Origin: Candidatus Binatia bacterium
Lineage (GTDB): Bacteria > Desulfobacterota > Binatia > Bin18
Length of the DNA stretch: 64,000 bases
Assembly: GCA_963664395.2 (NCBI GenBank)
Contig: OY761159.2
Span: 352,001-416,000, forward strand
Reading direction: 5' to 3'
Part shown: piece by piece, positions 1 to 9,619 of the stretch
Position numbering within the stretch: position 1 is the first letter of the stretch
Layout: the number at the start of each line of letters is the position of its first letter
Notes under the pieces: model-generated
Seen by the model: only the letters and a program-made list of their open reading frames with translations
What the model was told of the DNA's origin: nothing
Database searches by the model: none
Translations under genes and position numbers: made by a program

Positions 1-71
1 GCCCATACGCTGGTCTGTGCCCACAGCAGGCTACAGGCCGCGAAAAAAGAAAATACCGTGAGTCGCCTCAT
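1..71 (-). CDS. 5' end of a secreted protein gene, truncated by the window edge (possibly DUF1329 family by context)
   Basis: ATG at 71-69 preceded by an AGGAGG RBS (81-76); translates MRRLTVFSFFAACSLLWAQTSVW.., a Sec-type signal peptide; lies downstream of the DUF1302-like gene. Confidence 0.6.
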   Translation of the reverse strand, partial: MRRLTVFSFFAACSLLWAQTSVW

Positions 72-183
72 AAATCCTCCTCTGAAGCAAATTTGCAGCT
101 CTATTTTTGCAGCTCCATTTTTGGTTGACGTTTAGGGAGAAGTCAATAATACCTCAGCAGGTATTTTTATACTGTTGGAATCA

Positions 184-211
184 GTAGGGGCGACGCATAC
201 GTCGCCCCTAC
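184..211. repeat. GTAG-type REP-like palindrome
   Basis: Perfect 12-bp inverted repeat GTAGGGGCGACG-cata-CGTCGCCCCTAC just after the stop of the DUF1302-like gene. Confidence 0.75.
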
Positions 212-218
212 ACAATCC

Positions 219-2363
219 CTAGAAACGATAGCGCAGCCTGCTCCAGAACTCGTTCATCTGATTCCGCTCCGAGCCGCCGGCCTGCATATGGAACAGGCCA
301 AAGCCAGCTTCCGTATACGGGTTGTTCGGGTCGCCCGTAAAAGCGCCGAACGCGCCGAGGTCGTGTTTATGCCGTTCACCCATAAACGCGGTGACACCGA
401 GCGTGACCGACCAACTGTTGCTGATCAGGTACTCCACGTTGCCGCCCATGGTGGCGTCCTGCGCCGCCGTGCCAAACGCGGCGAAGACCAAATAGACCAA
501 TTGGTCGCGCATGAACTGGTTCTGGGCAAAGGCTGTGAAGATGAAGTTATTATTCTCGGCTGTTATGCCGCGGCGGCCAGCCCGCACGTCGGGATAGTGA
601 GTTCCGTACGCCTGGGCGCTCAGGAAGAAGCTCCGTGTCGGGTTGAGCCAGCGGATCAGGGTCGGCCGGTCAATGCCCAGCACCCATTTGAAGGCGTTGC
701 CGTCCCCGAGCAGGTCGATCTTGGTCGTGTCGTTCAATATCGCGTTGGCGGTCCAGGACGACTCCCAGCGGATCACGACGCCGGTGTACGGCTCGAACCA
801 GTCGAACGACAGGCCCAGCGTGTTGGTCTTGCGATATCTGGCGGCCAGCGAGCCACCGAAGGTGCAGTGGTTGAGATATTCGGCGTGGCGGAATTTCTTC
901 TTGCTGCCGTATGACGACCCACCTTCTTTGAATATGGCCGATTTCCTTACCTGGATCTGCTTCGGCTTGACGCCGACTATTACCGGACCAACGCCCGAAG
1001 TACTAAGAACGGTGCCACCGTCCTTGGCGGTAATACCGACACCCGGCGCTTCATTCCGGTCCGCGGGCAGAATGCTGTTCCCGTTCCCGTCCGTTGTGCA
1101 GGCTGGGTTGTTAGAGACGTTAACGCGGTCCCAGCCGGTCACGGGCAAGTCGCCAAATGCGAACCAGTCGGTGACCTGAAGACGCAGGTTGCCGACGGTA
1201 GCTTCCCAGCGCATGCCGATACCGCCGTTCTGCAGGCTCCAGTGCGGGGTACGGTTTTTGTATAGCGCCATATTCTTGAACGGGAGATAGGGTCTATCTT
1301 CCGTTGCCATAGTCGGGTCATCGGCCGTGCCGGGGAAAAGGGCGGTTGCAAACAGGTCGTTCCCGAACGTGAAGCCGTCTAGCGTCCGGCCAAAGCCCGT
1401 GGCCCAGGGTTGGGCCGGATGACCGAGACCGGTCGTCGTATGGCGGTCAAAGACGTACACTACGCTGCCGGCCACGTCGCGCAGCGGGCCGATGTTACCG
1501 AAGCGATGCTCGAACAGAGCCGACCACAGCGGCACGCGCGTGTCGTCGAACAGATCAATGAAGAAGTGGTCGCCGAAATTGACCGGGTTCACGATGTCCT
1601 GCAGGCGGAAGAAGTCGGCCTTGCCCCACACGTGCTGTTGTTTTCCGATACGTAACCAGTTACGGCCGCCCTGGCCCTTCCAGAAAAAGTCGAGGTATGC
1701 CTCACGCACGGGATAGTACAGGTCCATATTGGTCTCGCGCAGCATCCCGAAGCGCAGGTCGTTCTGGCTGGCATCCAGGCCGTAGTATCCCCTGCTTCGC
1801 GAATCGATATCGCGACCGGCTACTCCGTACTTCGAGCCGGGGACCAGAGCGTGCATGAACTCGACGTTGCCCCCTGCCCCAGCCTCCTTCGGCCAGAATC
1901 CGGCGTAGTTGCCCGGATTAAGCCCGAAGGCTTCCAGGAATCCTGCATTGGCCGGTTTGGGATAACCGGACCGCCCGGAGACGAACCGCTTGTTCTCGCC
2001 CTTCCGGCCGTTTCCGAACTTGTCGTCTATGTCATAGATCGACTCGTACTCGGGCCGTAGCTCAATGAAATACTCGAAGCGATCGAAATAGTCTCGCATC
2101 AAGTACATCGGGCCAGACATCTGCATGCTCGCCCGATAGCGCGACGACGCGACGTGATAATCGGTTTTGAACGTGTCGCTGCGCAGAATGCTGAAATTAT
2201 CCACATAGCCGTGGATAGCCATTTTATCGAAACTGTCCAGAAACGATTTATCGCGCGCGCCCGCGGCTTGCGCCGACGGAACTGCTAGTGCCACGCTCAG
2301 GCCAATAGCTGTAAAACTCAGCCATAGCCCGGTAAGCATCCCTCTCCCTGCCCGTTTCTTCAT
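219..2363 (-). CDS. DUF1302-family outer-membrane protein
   Basis: Signal peptide ending AQA; motifs REAYLD, LRIGKQQHVWGKADFFRLQDIVNP; C-terminal RLRYRF beta-barrel signature; start placed at ATG 2363 behind GGAGG. Confidence 0.75.
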   Translation of the reverse strand: MKKRAGRGMLTGLWLSFTAIGLSVALAVPSAQAAGARDKSFLDSFDKMAIHGYVDNFSILRSDTFKTDYHVASSRYRASMQMSGPMYLMRDYFDRFEYFIELRPEYESIYDIDDKFGNGRKGENKRFVSGRSGYPKPANAGFLEAFGLNPGNYAGFWPKEAGAGGNVEFMHALVPGSKYGVAGRDIDSRSRGYYGLDASQNDLRFGMLRETNMDLYYPVREAYLDFFWKGQGGRNWLRIGKQQHVWGKADFFRLQDIVNPVNFGDHFFIDLFDDTRVPLWSALFEHRFGNIGPLRDVAGSVVYVFDRHTTTGLGHPAQPWATGFGRTLDGFTFGNDLFATALFPGTADDPTMATEDRPYLPFKNMALYKNRTPHWSLQNGGIGMRWEATVGNLRLQVTDWFAFGDLPVTGWDRVNVSNNPACTTDGNGNSILPADRNEAPGVGITAKDGGTVLSTSGVGPVIVGVKPKQIQVRKSAIFKEGGSSYGSKKKFRHAEYLNHCTFGGSLAARYRKTNTLGLSFDWFEPYTGVVIRWESSWTANAILNDTTKIDLLGDGNAFKWVLGIDRPTLIRWLNPTRSFFLSAQAYGTHYPDVRAGRRGITAENNNFIFTAFAQNQFMRDQLVYLVFAAFGTAAQDATMGGNVEYLISNSWSVTLGVTAFMGERHKHDLGAFGAFTGDPNNPYTEAGFGLFHMQAGGSERNQMNEFWSRLRYRF

Positions 2364-2457
2364 CACGAGGCCTCCTTCCTTGCCCTTCGCCCTCACGAAG
2401 GGGTAAGTCTTGCTATCCTCCAGAAAACCAGTTCTAAAAGACTCTCAAATTATTACA

Positions 2458-4860
2458 TCAGCTCGTTGGTTGCGGCTGCTCTTCCTCAACTCTAACCTGC
2501 TGTCCACCAACGAACTTTGGTTTAAAAATCGTGATCATGGCAGGAACCATAGTTAGTGCAGACAGCCAGTGCGTGACTAACAGAATGGCCAATAACAGAG
2601 CCATTTCCGCGGAGAAACGTAAACTGGACAGGAAATACCAAGGAATCACGCCGGCGATCATAGTCGTGGCAGTAAAGGTTACCGCCATGCCCGTTGTCAA
2701 CACCGTTTTTTTGATTCCTGTGATCAATTGCCCCCCACTACGCGGGACTTCGAGTCGAATCCGGTCAACAACATACAGGATATAATCCACTCCGATTCCC
2801 ATCCCCACCGCAGTCACTGGCAGCGAGTTGATATTAATGCCGATCCCCATAAAGGAAACATACATATAGCTCGCCACTCCTGCGGCGACCAGCGCAAGCA
2901 TGACCAGGGTTGCGGCGGCGAGTGAACCGTAGCTCAAAAAGACCAGGGTGTAAACGGTCATAATGACCAGCATAGCGGCCTGCTTCTCGGATCGGTCAAT
3001 TTCCTCGTTCAGGGCCGCAGTCGTTCCAATGAACCCGCCGGCAAGCCGCATAGTCACGCCTTCAATGGGGTGCTCTTGCATGAACTTCTTCGCCCGCGCA
3101 ATCGCTTCACGAACGGTATCGCCCTTCACATCCTTATAGAACACGACGAACTGGCCATTTTTATAGGCCAGGTCTGTGTACTCAAGAATAACGCCCGATA
3201 TGGGAGCCGATGCTTCGTACACGAAAATCAAATTCCCGGTAATAGATCTGTCAGGTGGAATAACCTGCCAGCGTGGATCGCCATAGTGATAGCGACGATT
3301 CAGATTACGCGCCAAAGTGTACAGCTCACGCGTGTCTCCGGCTTCTACTTGCTCCAGCATGTAACGGCGCATTTCTTCTAATACATCAAGTACATGCGGC
3401 TCTTTGAGGATGTGCTCACGTTCGCCTTCCAGATAGATCACAAGTTGGTTTGCCCCAGCGAATCTTTCATTAATGGTTCGGGCTGATACGTTGTAGTGAG
3501 CATCCTGCCATAGCAGAGGCGAGCCGGCTTCCTGTTCGCCAATCGGCACACTGATTGCCGTACGCACGCCAAAGACAATAGTGACAGCTGCCACGGCCAT
3601 GACAACCCAACGACTGATTTTCCCGGTTGCAATATTTCCCACCGTCGTCAGAGTGAACTCCATCCAGCGCGGAACAAAGTGGGTCGTATTCTTTGGAGTA
3701 GGGAAATACGACAACAGTATGGGCATCGTGTGGGTGATACAGAAAATATTCGCAAAGGCCCAAAAACTGCCATAGTACGCCAACTTCTCAATGAGCGGGA
3801 TAGTTGCAACGGACAGGACCAAAATACCACCAGCGTCACTGATGACACCGGTCACACCTGGCAAAAAGAGGTCGCTCAAACAGGTGTAGGCCGCCTTTCC
3901 CTGGTCTTTGGATACTTCGAGTTCTTCAAAATAGCGCTCAATCATCTGCACGGCGTGACTCACCGAGCGGGCAGTAATAAGCAATGGGATAACTAAGATG
4001 AGCGGGTCAAGGTTGAAACCCCAAAAGCCGACCCAGCCCAGCCCCCACACAGTCTGGACAGCCGCGCCAATCAGCGGGACCAATACACCATAGAACCTAC
4101 GGAAATAGATAATCAAGGCAAGCAGGACCATCACCCCGGTAAAGGTGAAAATCAGGAAGAGTTCGTTGGTAAAGAACCAGACCCAGCCCTTCAAAGCCGG
4201 CTCACCGGCAACATAGACCTTGGTGTTGTCGTCTTCTATTTCAGCCCGAATGCGGGTGATTTCACGCTGGATTTCCCGGTAGTCCAGCCTATCCTCGTTA
4301 AACCCGGCCAGGACAAGCGCGGCTTTCCCATCTTCCGAGACGTATTTGTTCATAACGATATCGTTATTAAACATCTCGAACTTCAGCGCGCTTAACTCAC
4401 TCGGATCGTCTGGTATGTCAACGGGAAGAACCGGGTACGAGCGGACCATGCCTCCCGGTAAGGTCTTAATGTTTCGGATTTTTACGTGGGTGAGAGAAGC
4501 GACCTGGTTATGGTCAACGCCGGTAATCTGGTCAAGCTGGTCCGTTAGGAAACGCACCTTTTCCAGGTTGTTCTTGGTAAAAATATCGCCCTCATCCACC
4601 TGCAAGACCGCAGTTACGATATTGGCCCCACCAAAGGTCGTCCTATGCTGGTTGTAGGCTTGGATATAGGGATGTCCTTGCGGCAGAAGGTCGGCGAACT
4701 GGCTGTACATTTCGACATTCCGGGCTTGATAGCCCCAAAAGACCGTCGCAATCGCCAACGTCACGAGATACGCAAGACGGTGGCGCCAGAGAACAGTCAG
4801 ATAGGCGGCAATCATGCGGTCCATGAAAGCTTTAGGTTGATCTGGAGGAGTATGGGCCAT
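2458..4860 (-). CDS. RND/MMPL-family transporter
   Basis: 800 aa with two repeats of TM, periplasmic domain and TM bundle; GMGIGVDYILY motif; RBS AAGGAGA. Confidence 0.88.
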   Translation of the reverse strand: MAHTPPDQPKAFMDRMIAAYLTVLWRHRLAYLVTLAIATVFWGYQARNVEMYSQFADLLPQGHPYIQAYNQHRTTFGGANIVTAVLQVDEGDIFTKNNLEKVRFLTDQLDQITGVDHNQVASLTHVKIRNIKTLPGGMVRSYPVLPVDIPDDPSELSALKFEMFNNDIVMNKYVSEDGKAALVLAGFNEDRLDYREIQREITRIRAEIEDDNTKVYVAGEPALKGWVWFFTNELFLIFTFTGVMVLLALIIYFRRFYGVLVPLIGAAVQTVWGLGWVGFWGFNLDPLILVIPLLITARSVSHAVQMIERYFEELEVSKDQGKAAYTCLSDLFLPGVTGVISDAGGILVLSVATIPLIEKLAYYGSFWAFANIFCITHTMPILLSYFPTPKNTTHFVPRWMEFTLTTVGNIATGKISRWVVMAVAAVTIVFGVRTAISVPIGEQEAGSPLLWQDAHYNVSARTINERFAGANQLVIYLEGEREHILKEPHVLDVLEEMRRYMLEQVEAGDTRELYTLARNLNRRYHYGDPRWQVIPPDRSITGNLIFVYEASAPISGVILEYTDLAYKNGQFVVFYKDVKGDTVREAIARAKKFMQEHPIEGVTMRLAGGFIGTTAALNEEIDRSEKQAAMLVIMTVYTLVFLSYGSLAAATLVMLALVAAGVASYMYVSFMGIGININSLPVTAVGMGIGVDYILYVVDRIRLEVPRSGGQLITGIKKTVLTTGMAVTFTATTMIAGVIPWYFLSSLRFSAEMALLLAILLVTHWLSALTMVPAMITIFKPKFVGGQQVRVEEEQPQPTS

Positions 4861-4955
4861 GCTATTTCTCCTTACGCGAGCAAGGGCGTCTTAGTAGTCT
4901 GTACGGTTATATGCATTTCAGTAACGACAGCGCCGTTAGAGCTGATGAGTGAAAA

Positions 4956-6194
4956 TTAGAGGGACGGATTCGCAGCATGCAGCTTTGCCTTATCCGTGGC
5001 GGTCCAACTACTGCCACCATCGGAAGTGACCAAGACCGTGCCCCGCCCTCCACACGCAACGCCAAACTGCCCGTCAGAAGCAAAAGACGCCGCGCGGATC
5101 CACGTCAGCACATGCTGGCGGACATTCTCGTCAAGCTGCCATGCACCACTTGTGGCTGAGGCAAGAGTTCCAAGGACGCCAGTCGCAAAGTTAGTGCGGT
5201 TTCCACCCGAAGCAGCAGCGACGGACAGGAGCGTATTAAAACTCCCACTTGGAATGTTTGTCCACGTCTCCCCCGCATCTTTCGTTTGCAACAAGGTGCC
5301 ACTCTCCCCGGTGACATACCCTTCTTGGGCGCTGCTAAAATCCACATCAATAAGGAAGAGGTCTTCAAGATAGAGGGGAGGGATACGCTGCCGGATGGCT
5401 TCCTCTTCGGGGAGTTCCGGGCGGGTGTATTTCGGCAGGTTGCGCACATTGCGCTGCCGCTGCCAGGTTACACCACCATCCTGGGTGCGCAGAACAATTC
5501 CGAATTCACCCGCCATCCAGCCGTCCGTATTCGTGGGGAACGACACTCCGTTCAGCGTCACATCACACGGATTCAGCTGAGGCAGGGTTGACTCAGGATC
5601 ATCTGCCGGGTTCGCCGTCGCGAAGTTATCAAAGCTCTGATCACACCACAGCGAGAGATTTTCCCAGGTCTCTCCAGCGTCTTGTGAACGGACAATAGCG
5701 CCCACCGGACCGACAGCCCAAATGTGCTGCGCGTCCGCACCACGGCTGACGGCAAAGTAGTGAGGCTGGGCAACCTGCCAGTCTTGAAGCGGCAACTCTA
5801 TCGGAATTTTATTCCAGGCTTTTCCGCCGTCGCTCGTCTTGAGGATCATACCATCCTGCCCGACGGCGACCCCATCCTGAGTAGTGGCAAAATCAATCTC
5901 GTAGATTGCCTTTTGGACCCCTGTCTCCAGCATGGTAAAATCTTGTCCGTTATTGGTCATATGCAGAATAAGCCCCCGCCCGCCAACGACCCAGGCATTA
6001 TTGGAGTCCAAGACAAAGGCATCATAGAGATCTTCACGATCGGGAAAAACATTCCCCCTGGACACGCCCATTTCGTTGAGTTCGCGCAGCACCTCTTCAT
6101 CGGCTGCTTCAAGACAAGCAGACAAAGTAAAGAGGCCGGCAGCAAGAATGCCCCAAGCCGCATGGCGCCACACCAAATGCATTCGTCTCTTCAA
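4956..6194 (-). CDS. YCF48/BNR-repeat (Asp-box) beta-propeller lipoprotein
   Basis: Lipobox LSAC; repeated Asp-boxes (TSDGGKAW, SQDAGETW, TQDGGVTW, TKDAGETW, TSDGGSSW); typical RND/DUF1302 partner. Confidence 0.85.
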   Translation of the reverse strand: MKRRMHLVWRHAAWGILAAGLFTLSACLEAADEEVLRELNEMGVSRGNVFPDREDLYDAFVLDSNNAWVVGGRGLILHMTNNGQDFTMLETGVQKAIYEIDFATTQDGVAVGQDGMILKTSDGGKAWNKIPIELPLQDWQVAQPHYFAVSRGADAQHIWAVGPVGAIVRSQDAGETWENLSLWCDQSFDNFATANPADDPESTLPQLNPCDVTLNGVSFPTNTDGWMAGEFGIVLRTQDGGVTWQRQRNVRNLPKYTRPELPEEEAIRQRIPPLYLEDLFLIDVDFSSAQEGYVTGESGTLLQTKDAGETWTNIPSGSFNTLLSVAAASGGNRTNFATGVLGTLASATSGAWQLDENVRQHVLTWIRAASFASDGQFGVACGGRGTVLVTSDGGSSWTATDKAKLHAANPSL

Positions 6195-6208
6195 GATATT
6201 CTCTCCTT

Positions 6209-6238
6209 ACTGAACTGATACTGACTGAACTGATACTG
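6209..6238. repeat. Perfect 15-bp tandem duplication upstream of the YCF48 RBS
   Basis: ACTGAACTGATACTG x2. Confidence 0.8.
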
Positions 6239-6354
6239 GGAAAGCGCTGTCGTATTAGGATTCTGAAGTCGAGCTCCCTTACTTACTGAAGTACAGACCG
6301 GACTGTCAAGGGACCCCTCAGGAACCTCTTCATCAGCATGATTGAAGGCATTTC

Positions 6355-6774
6355 TTATTCAATTTTTTGTTTATATCGAATGGCTAAACCAACCAGTTGG
6401 AATTCGTAGTCCGCCCGGCTTCTGTAATCTCTGACCGTACTCATGCCGGTATGCTGCGCGGTGGTTTCGTCCTGGAACTCCCCAGCCTTCATTCTTTCGA
6501 GAATGATTGCCTCCGCCCCAATAGAACACGCCTCACGATGCAGCGCATTTTGCATGGCCTCCATGCCGGTGCCTTGATTGCCATACGTTTTCACACGCGC
6601 AATCACTTCATGCGGCAATGCGGGAGGAGAAGAAAGAATAGGAATCCTGCAATTCGTGGCAATAAATTCGACGGGCAGTGCCCCCACCTGTTCGGTTAAA
6701 ACCAGGGGCTTTGTCGGCCGATTCACGCATCCGGCCAGGGCGCAGCCAACCAGAACTGTCAAAAGAACTTTCAA
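6355..6774 (-). CDS. Hypothetical lipoprotein
   Basis: Lipobox LAGC; motif REACSIGAEAII resembles YbjQ/RcsF-like small folds. Confidence 0.65.
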   Translation of the reverse strand: MKVLLTVLVGCALAGCVNRPTKPLVLTEQVGALPVEFIATNCRIPILSSPPALPHEVIARVKTYGNQGTGMEAMQNALHREACSIGAEAIILERMKAGEFQDETTAQHTGMSTVRDYRSRADYEFQLVGLAIRYKQKIE

Positions 6775-6969
6775 TGCTTTTACTAACGGGGCCCATCAGG
6801 CCCCTCAAGTCTTCTAGGGAATAACAAGCGCTTGTATCATATGCGCACGGGCTACTCTACTCTTGTACGATGAATTATCGAGATACATTATACTAATCGT
6901 TTTTATTCCCCATTGAACGGGGAAAGTAAAGCGGACAGAACCGTATAGGGCCGCGAGGAGATTCTTCAC

Positions 6970-8001
6970 ATGGCGCACATCCAGTCAGGCCAGTCATTGA
7001 AATGGGGCGTTCTTTTTAATGGAGATAAGCTTGCCCTCGAAACTATTGTCAGCTTTGCTACGCAGGCAGAAGACGCCGGAGCGGAAAGCATTTGGACCGC
7101 TGAGCTGTGGCGGGATGCTTTTGTGCCGCTGACCGCCATAGCCAATGCTGTCCGGACCGTCCGCCTCGGGACGGCAGTCGCCCATTTTGCTCGTCCGCCC
7201 ATGTTGACAGAGTTAGCTGCGATGTCACTCGCCGAATACACCCAAGGACGTTTCATTCTGGGACTTGGGACCGCTCCGAAAGACTGGAACGAGAAGTGGC
7301 ACGGCTTGGAGTACCGCAAACCCGTTGCTCGGATGCGGGAGTATGTTGAGTGTATCCGCACCATGTGGCAAGGCTCACCAACGCAGGCAGTCCAGTATGC
7401 AGGCGAATTTTATCAGGTGCGCGACTACCAGCGTCTCACTGCGCCCGTCTATTCAGGCATCCCTATTTATCTGGCAGCGGTTCTGCCCAATATGATCCAG
7501 CTCGCCGGGGCACTTGCCGACGGCATTATCCTCAACGTTCTCAATAGCCCGAGATATTTTACCGATGTGGTGCATCCGAATCTGAAAAAAGGCTTCAGCC
7601 GCAGCGGGCGAGACAGAGACGGATTCGAGCTGTGCGCAGTGAAATGCTGTGCGGTGAATAACAACCGTCAGCAGGCGCGTGATTTGGCCAGACATGCCGT
7701 CGCCTTTTACTCCACCCTGCCCTATTTCGATGTGGTCCTCGATCCTCTGGGCTTTACCGAGGCGAAGCTCACCATCCGAGACGCGATGAAACGGAATGAC
7801 GTTTCGACCATGCTTGCGGCCGTGAGTGACGATATGGTTGACGCCCTTGTCCTGGCAGGGACACCCGATGATGTCCGGCAGCAGCTGAGCGCATTCGAGG
7901 GCTTGTTTGACACGCTGCTCTTGCTCAGCCCCTCTTTTGCCGCCGACCCGGAAGAGGTGCGTCACAATAACGCCGCGATGATTGCCGCCTTTGCCGAATA
8001 A
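6970..8001 (+). CDS. LLM-class flavin/F420-dependent oxidoreductase
   Basis: WTAE, LGTAV, GRFILGLG, IPIYLAA, ADG motifs; RBS GAGGAG. Confidence 0.9.
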   Translation: MAHIQSGQSLKWGVLFNGDKLALETIVSFATQAEDAGAESIWTAELWRDAFVPLTAIANAVRTVRLGTAVAHFARPPMLTELAAMSLAEYTQGRFILGLGTAPKDWNEKWHGLEYRKPVARMREYVECIRTMWQGSPTQAVQYAGEFYQVRDYQRLTAPVYSGIPIYLAAVLPNMIQLAGALADGIILNVLNSPRYFTDVVHPNLKKGFSRSGRDRDGFELCAVKCCAVNNNRQQARDLARHAVAFYSTLPYFDVVLDPLGFTEAKLTIRDAMKRNDVSTMLAAVSDDMVDALVLAGTPDDVRQQLSAFEGLFDTLLLLSPSFAADPEEVRHNNAAMIAAFAE

Positions 8002-8038
8002 CGCTATGTAGATTTGACGCATTGAATGGAGGGTCACT

Positions 8039-9193
8039 ATGAAAGCGCAGCTCCAGCACGCTCTGCTCCCGACAGCCAGCCAGGATGAGTTGGCTCGGCA
8101 AAACTTTGTCCACAGCCTCAAGGTCCATCTGGCAACCAAAGTCTCACCTGGCAATAAGACCATTTACGAGCGCAAGGCGGCCCCCCGCTTTGCGCGTGAA
8201 CATCAGCGTCCTCCCCAAGGTCGGCATGAAGTCCGGAGCGTCATGCAGGACGAACCCTATTACCAAATGTGGAGCACGCTGCTGCGGACCAGTCAGGAAA
8301 TGATGTGGGATGCGGTCAATGTGAGCGTAGAACGTCAACTCCCGCAGCTCCGGGAGCGCGCCGCAACAAATGGGAATGCGCGCGGCTCTCTCACTCTGAA
8401 TCCGGACTTGGAAATTCCGTCCTACCACACGGCGGTAGACATTCACTGTCAGCCAGGCGGCTACCACACAGAGCTGGGACAAGACGACGTGGCCGCCGGA
8501 GCGACCTATGACCGGGCCGTCTACATCTACGCCATGAGCCGCTTAGGAACATTGAACGACGAAATGGGACAGTCGGTTGTGCTGCACCTCAAAGAGCAGC
8601 ATCCGAACTTCCAGCCCCGTCGCATCCTGGATATGGGCTGCACCGTCGGACATAGCACCCTGCCCTATGTTGATGCCTATCCCGAAGCCGAAATCTTCGC
8701 GATTGACGTTGGCGCACCCGTCCTTCGCTATGCCCACGCCCGCGCCGAAGCACTCGGCAAACGCGTCCATTTCTCTCAGCAGAATGCGGAGCAGACCAAT
8801 TTTGAGGAGGGCTCGTTCGACCTCATCGTCTCGCATATTTTGCTGCATGAGACTTCGAGCAAAGCTATCCGCAATATTATGAAAGAGTGCCGCCGGTTGT
8901 TAAAACCAGGCGGGATGATGCTCCACCAAGAGGTGCCGCAGTATGAAGGCATGCCGCCCTACGAGGCTTTTATTCTCGACTGGGACACCTATAACAATAA
9001 CGAACCCTTCTGGGGGACGGTTCATTCCATGGACCTCCGGAAGCTCGCCGAAGAGTCCGGTTTTGCCGCACATAGTGTCATCCAGACGATGATCCCGAGT
9101 GCCCTGGAACGGGCACAAGCACGCACGGAGAAATTTCAAGGTGGCGATTTCGGCGGCGGTGGAGCGTGGTTCGTCTTTGGCGCTACCAAGTAG
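8039..9193 (+). CDS. Class I SAM-dependent methyltransferase
   Basis: ILDMGCTVG motif I, FDLIVSHILLHE, LLKPGG; N-terminal DIHCQPGGY extension. Confidence 0.88.
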   Translation: MKAQLQHALLPTASQDELARQNFVHSLKVHLATKVSPGNKTIYERKAAPRFAREHQRPPQGRHEVRSVMQDEPYYQMWSTLLRTSQEMMWDAVNVSVERQLPQLRERAATNGNARGSLTLNPDLEIPSYHTAVDIHCQPGGYHTELGQDDVAAGATYDRAVYIYAMSRLGTLNDEMGQSVVLHLKEQHPNFQPRRILDMGCTVGHSTLPYVDAYPEAEIFAIDVGAPVLRYAHARAEALGKRVHFSQQNAEQTNFEEGSFDLIVSHILLHETSSKAIRNIMKECRRLLKPGGMMLHQEVPQYEGMPPYEAFILDWDTYNNNEPFWGTVHSMDLRKLAEESGFAAHSVIQTMIPSALERAQARTEKFQGGDFGGGGAWFVFGATK

Positions 9194-9213
9194 CAGGGTA
9201 GCAGGAGATAGGC

Positions 9214-9546
9214 ATGCCGCGCAAAGCAAAAGGCAAGCGCCCGGCTTTTTTCGACGACCCCCAAATCGATACGGTTATGGGGATTGTCATGGCCCTGGCA
9301 GGCGAAGTGTCTGTGCTGCGGGAGCGCCTCGATACCATTGAGCATGTGGCTGCCGCCAAGGGACTTTTCACCCAGAAAGACATCGAAGCCTACCGTCCGG
9401 ATGATGCCGTCGTTACCGAACGGGAACGGTGGCGTGCGGAGTACCTCGAACGGGTCCTCCGCGTTGTGCATCAGGAGTTGGAAGAAACAGACAAAGGCGA
9501 AACCACGGAATCATACCAAGCCGCGGTGCGCGCGGTTTCGTCCTGA
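9214..9546 (+). CDS. Small helical hypothetical protein
   Basis: 110 aa, RBS AGGAG, coiled-coil ALAGEVSVLRERLDTIE; co-oriented with the methyltransferase. Confidence 0.75.
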   Translation: MPRKAKGKRPAFFDDPQIDTVMGIVMALAGEVSVLRERLDTIEHVAAAKGLFTQKDIEAYRPDDAVVTERERWRAEYLERVLRVVHQELEETDKGETTESYQAAVRAVSS

Positions 9547-9619
9547 CGGCCAGAGAGCACGGAAAAAAGCGACCAACCCGTACCCGTGCAGTCCCTGAAT
9601 CAGAAAGTGCAGGCTCTTC

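Noticed and set aside
4956-6194. Photosystem II assembly factor implying phototrophy
   Set aside because: YCF48-like propellers are generic partners of RND/DUF1302 modules, and no photosynthesis genes are in the window.
6814-6823. CTAGGGAATA shared with the brnT breakpoint at 18830
   Set aside because: A single 10-mer match in 64 kb is compatible with chance and the flanks do not align.
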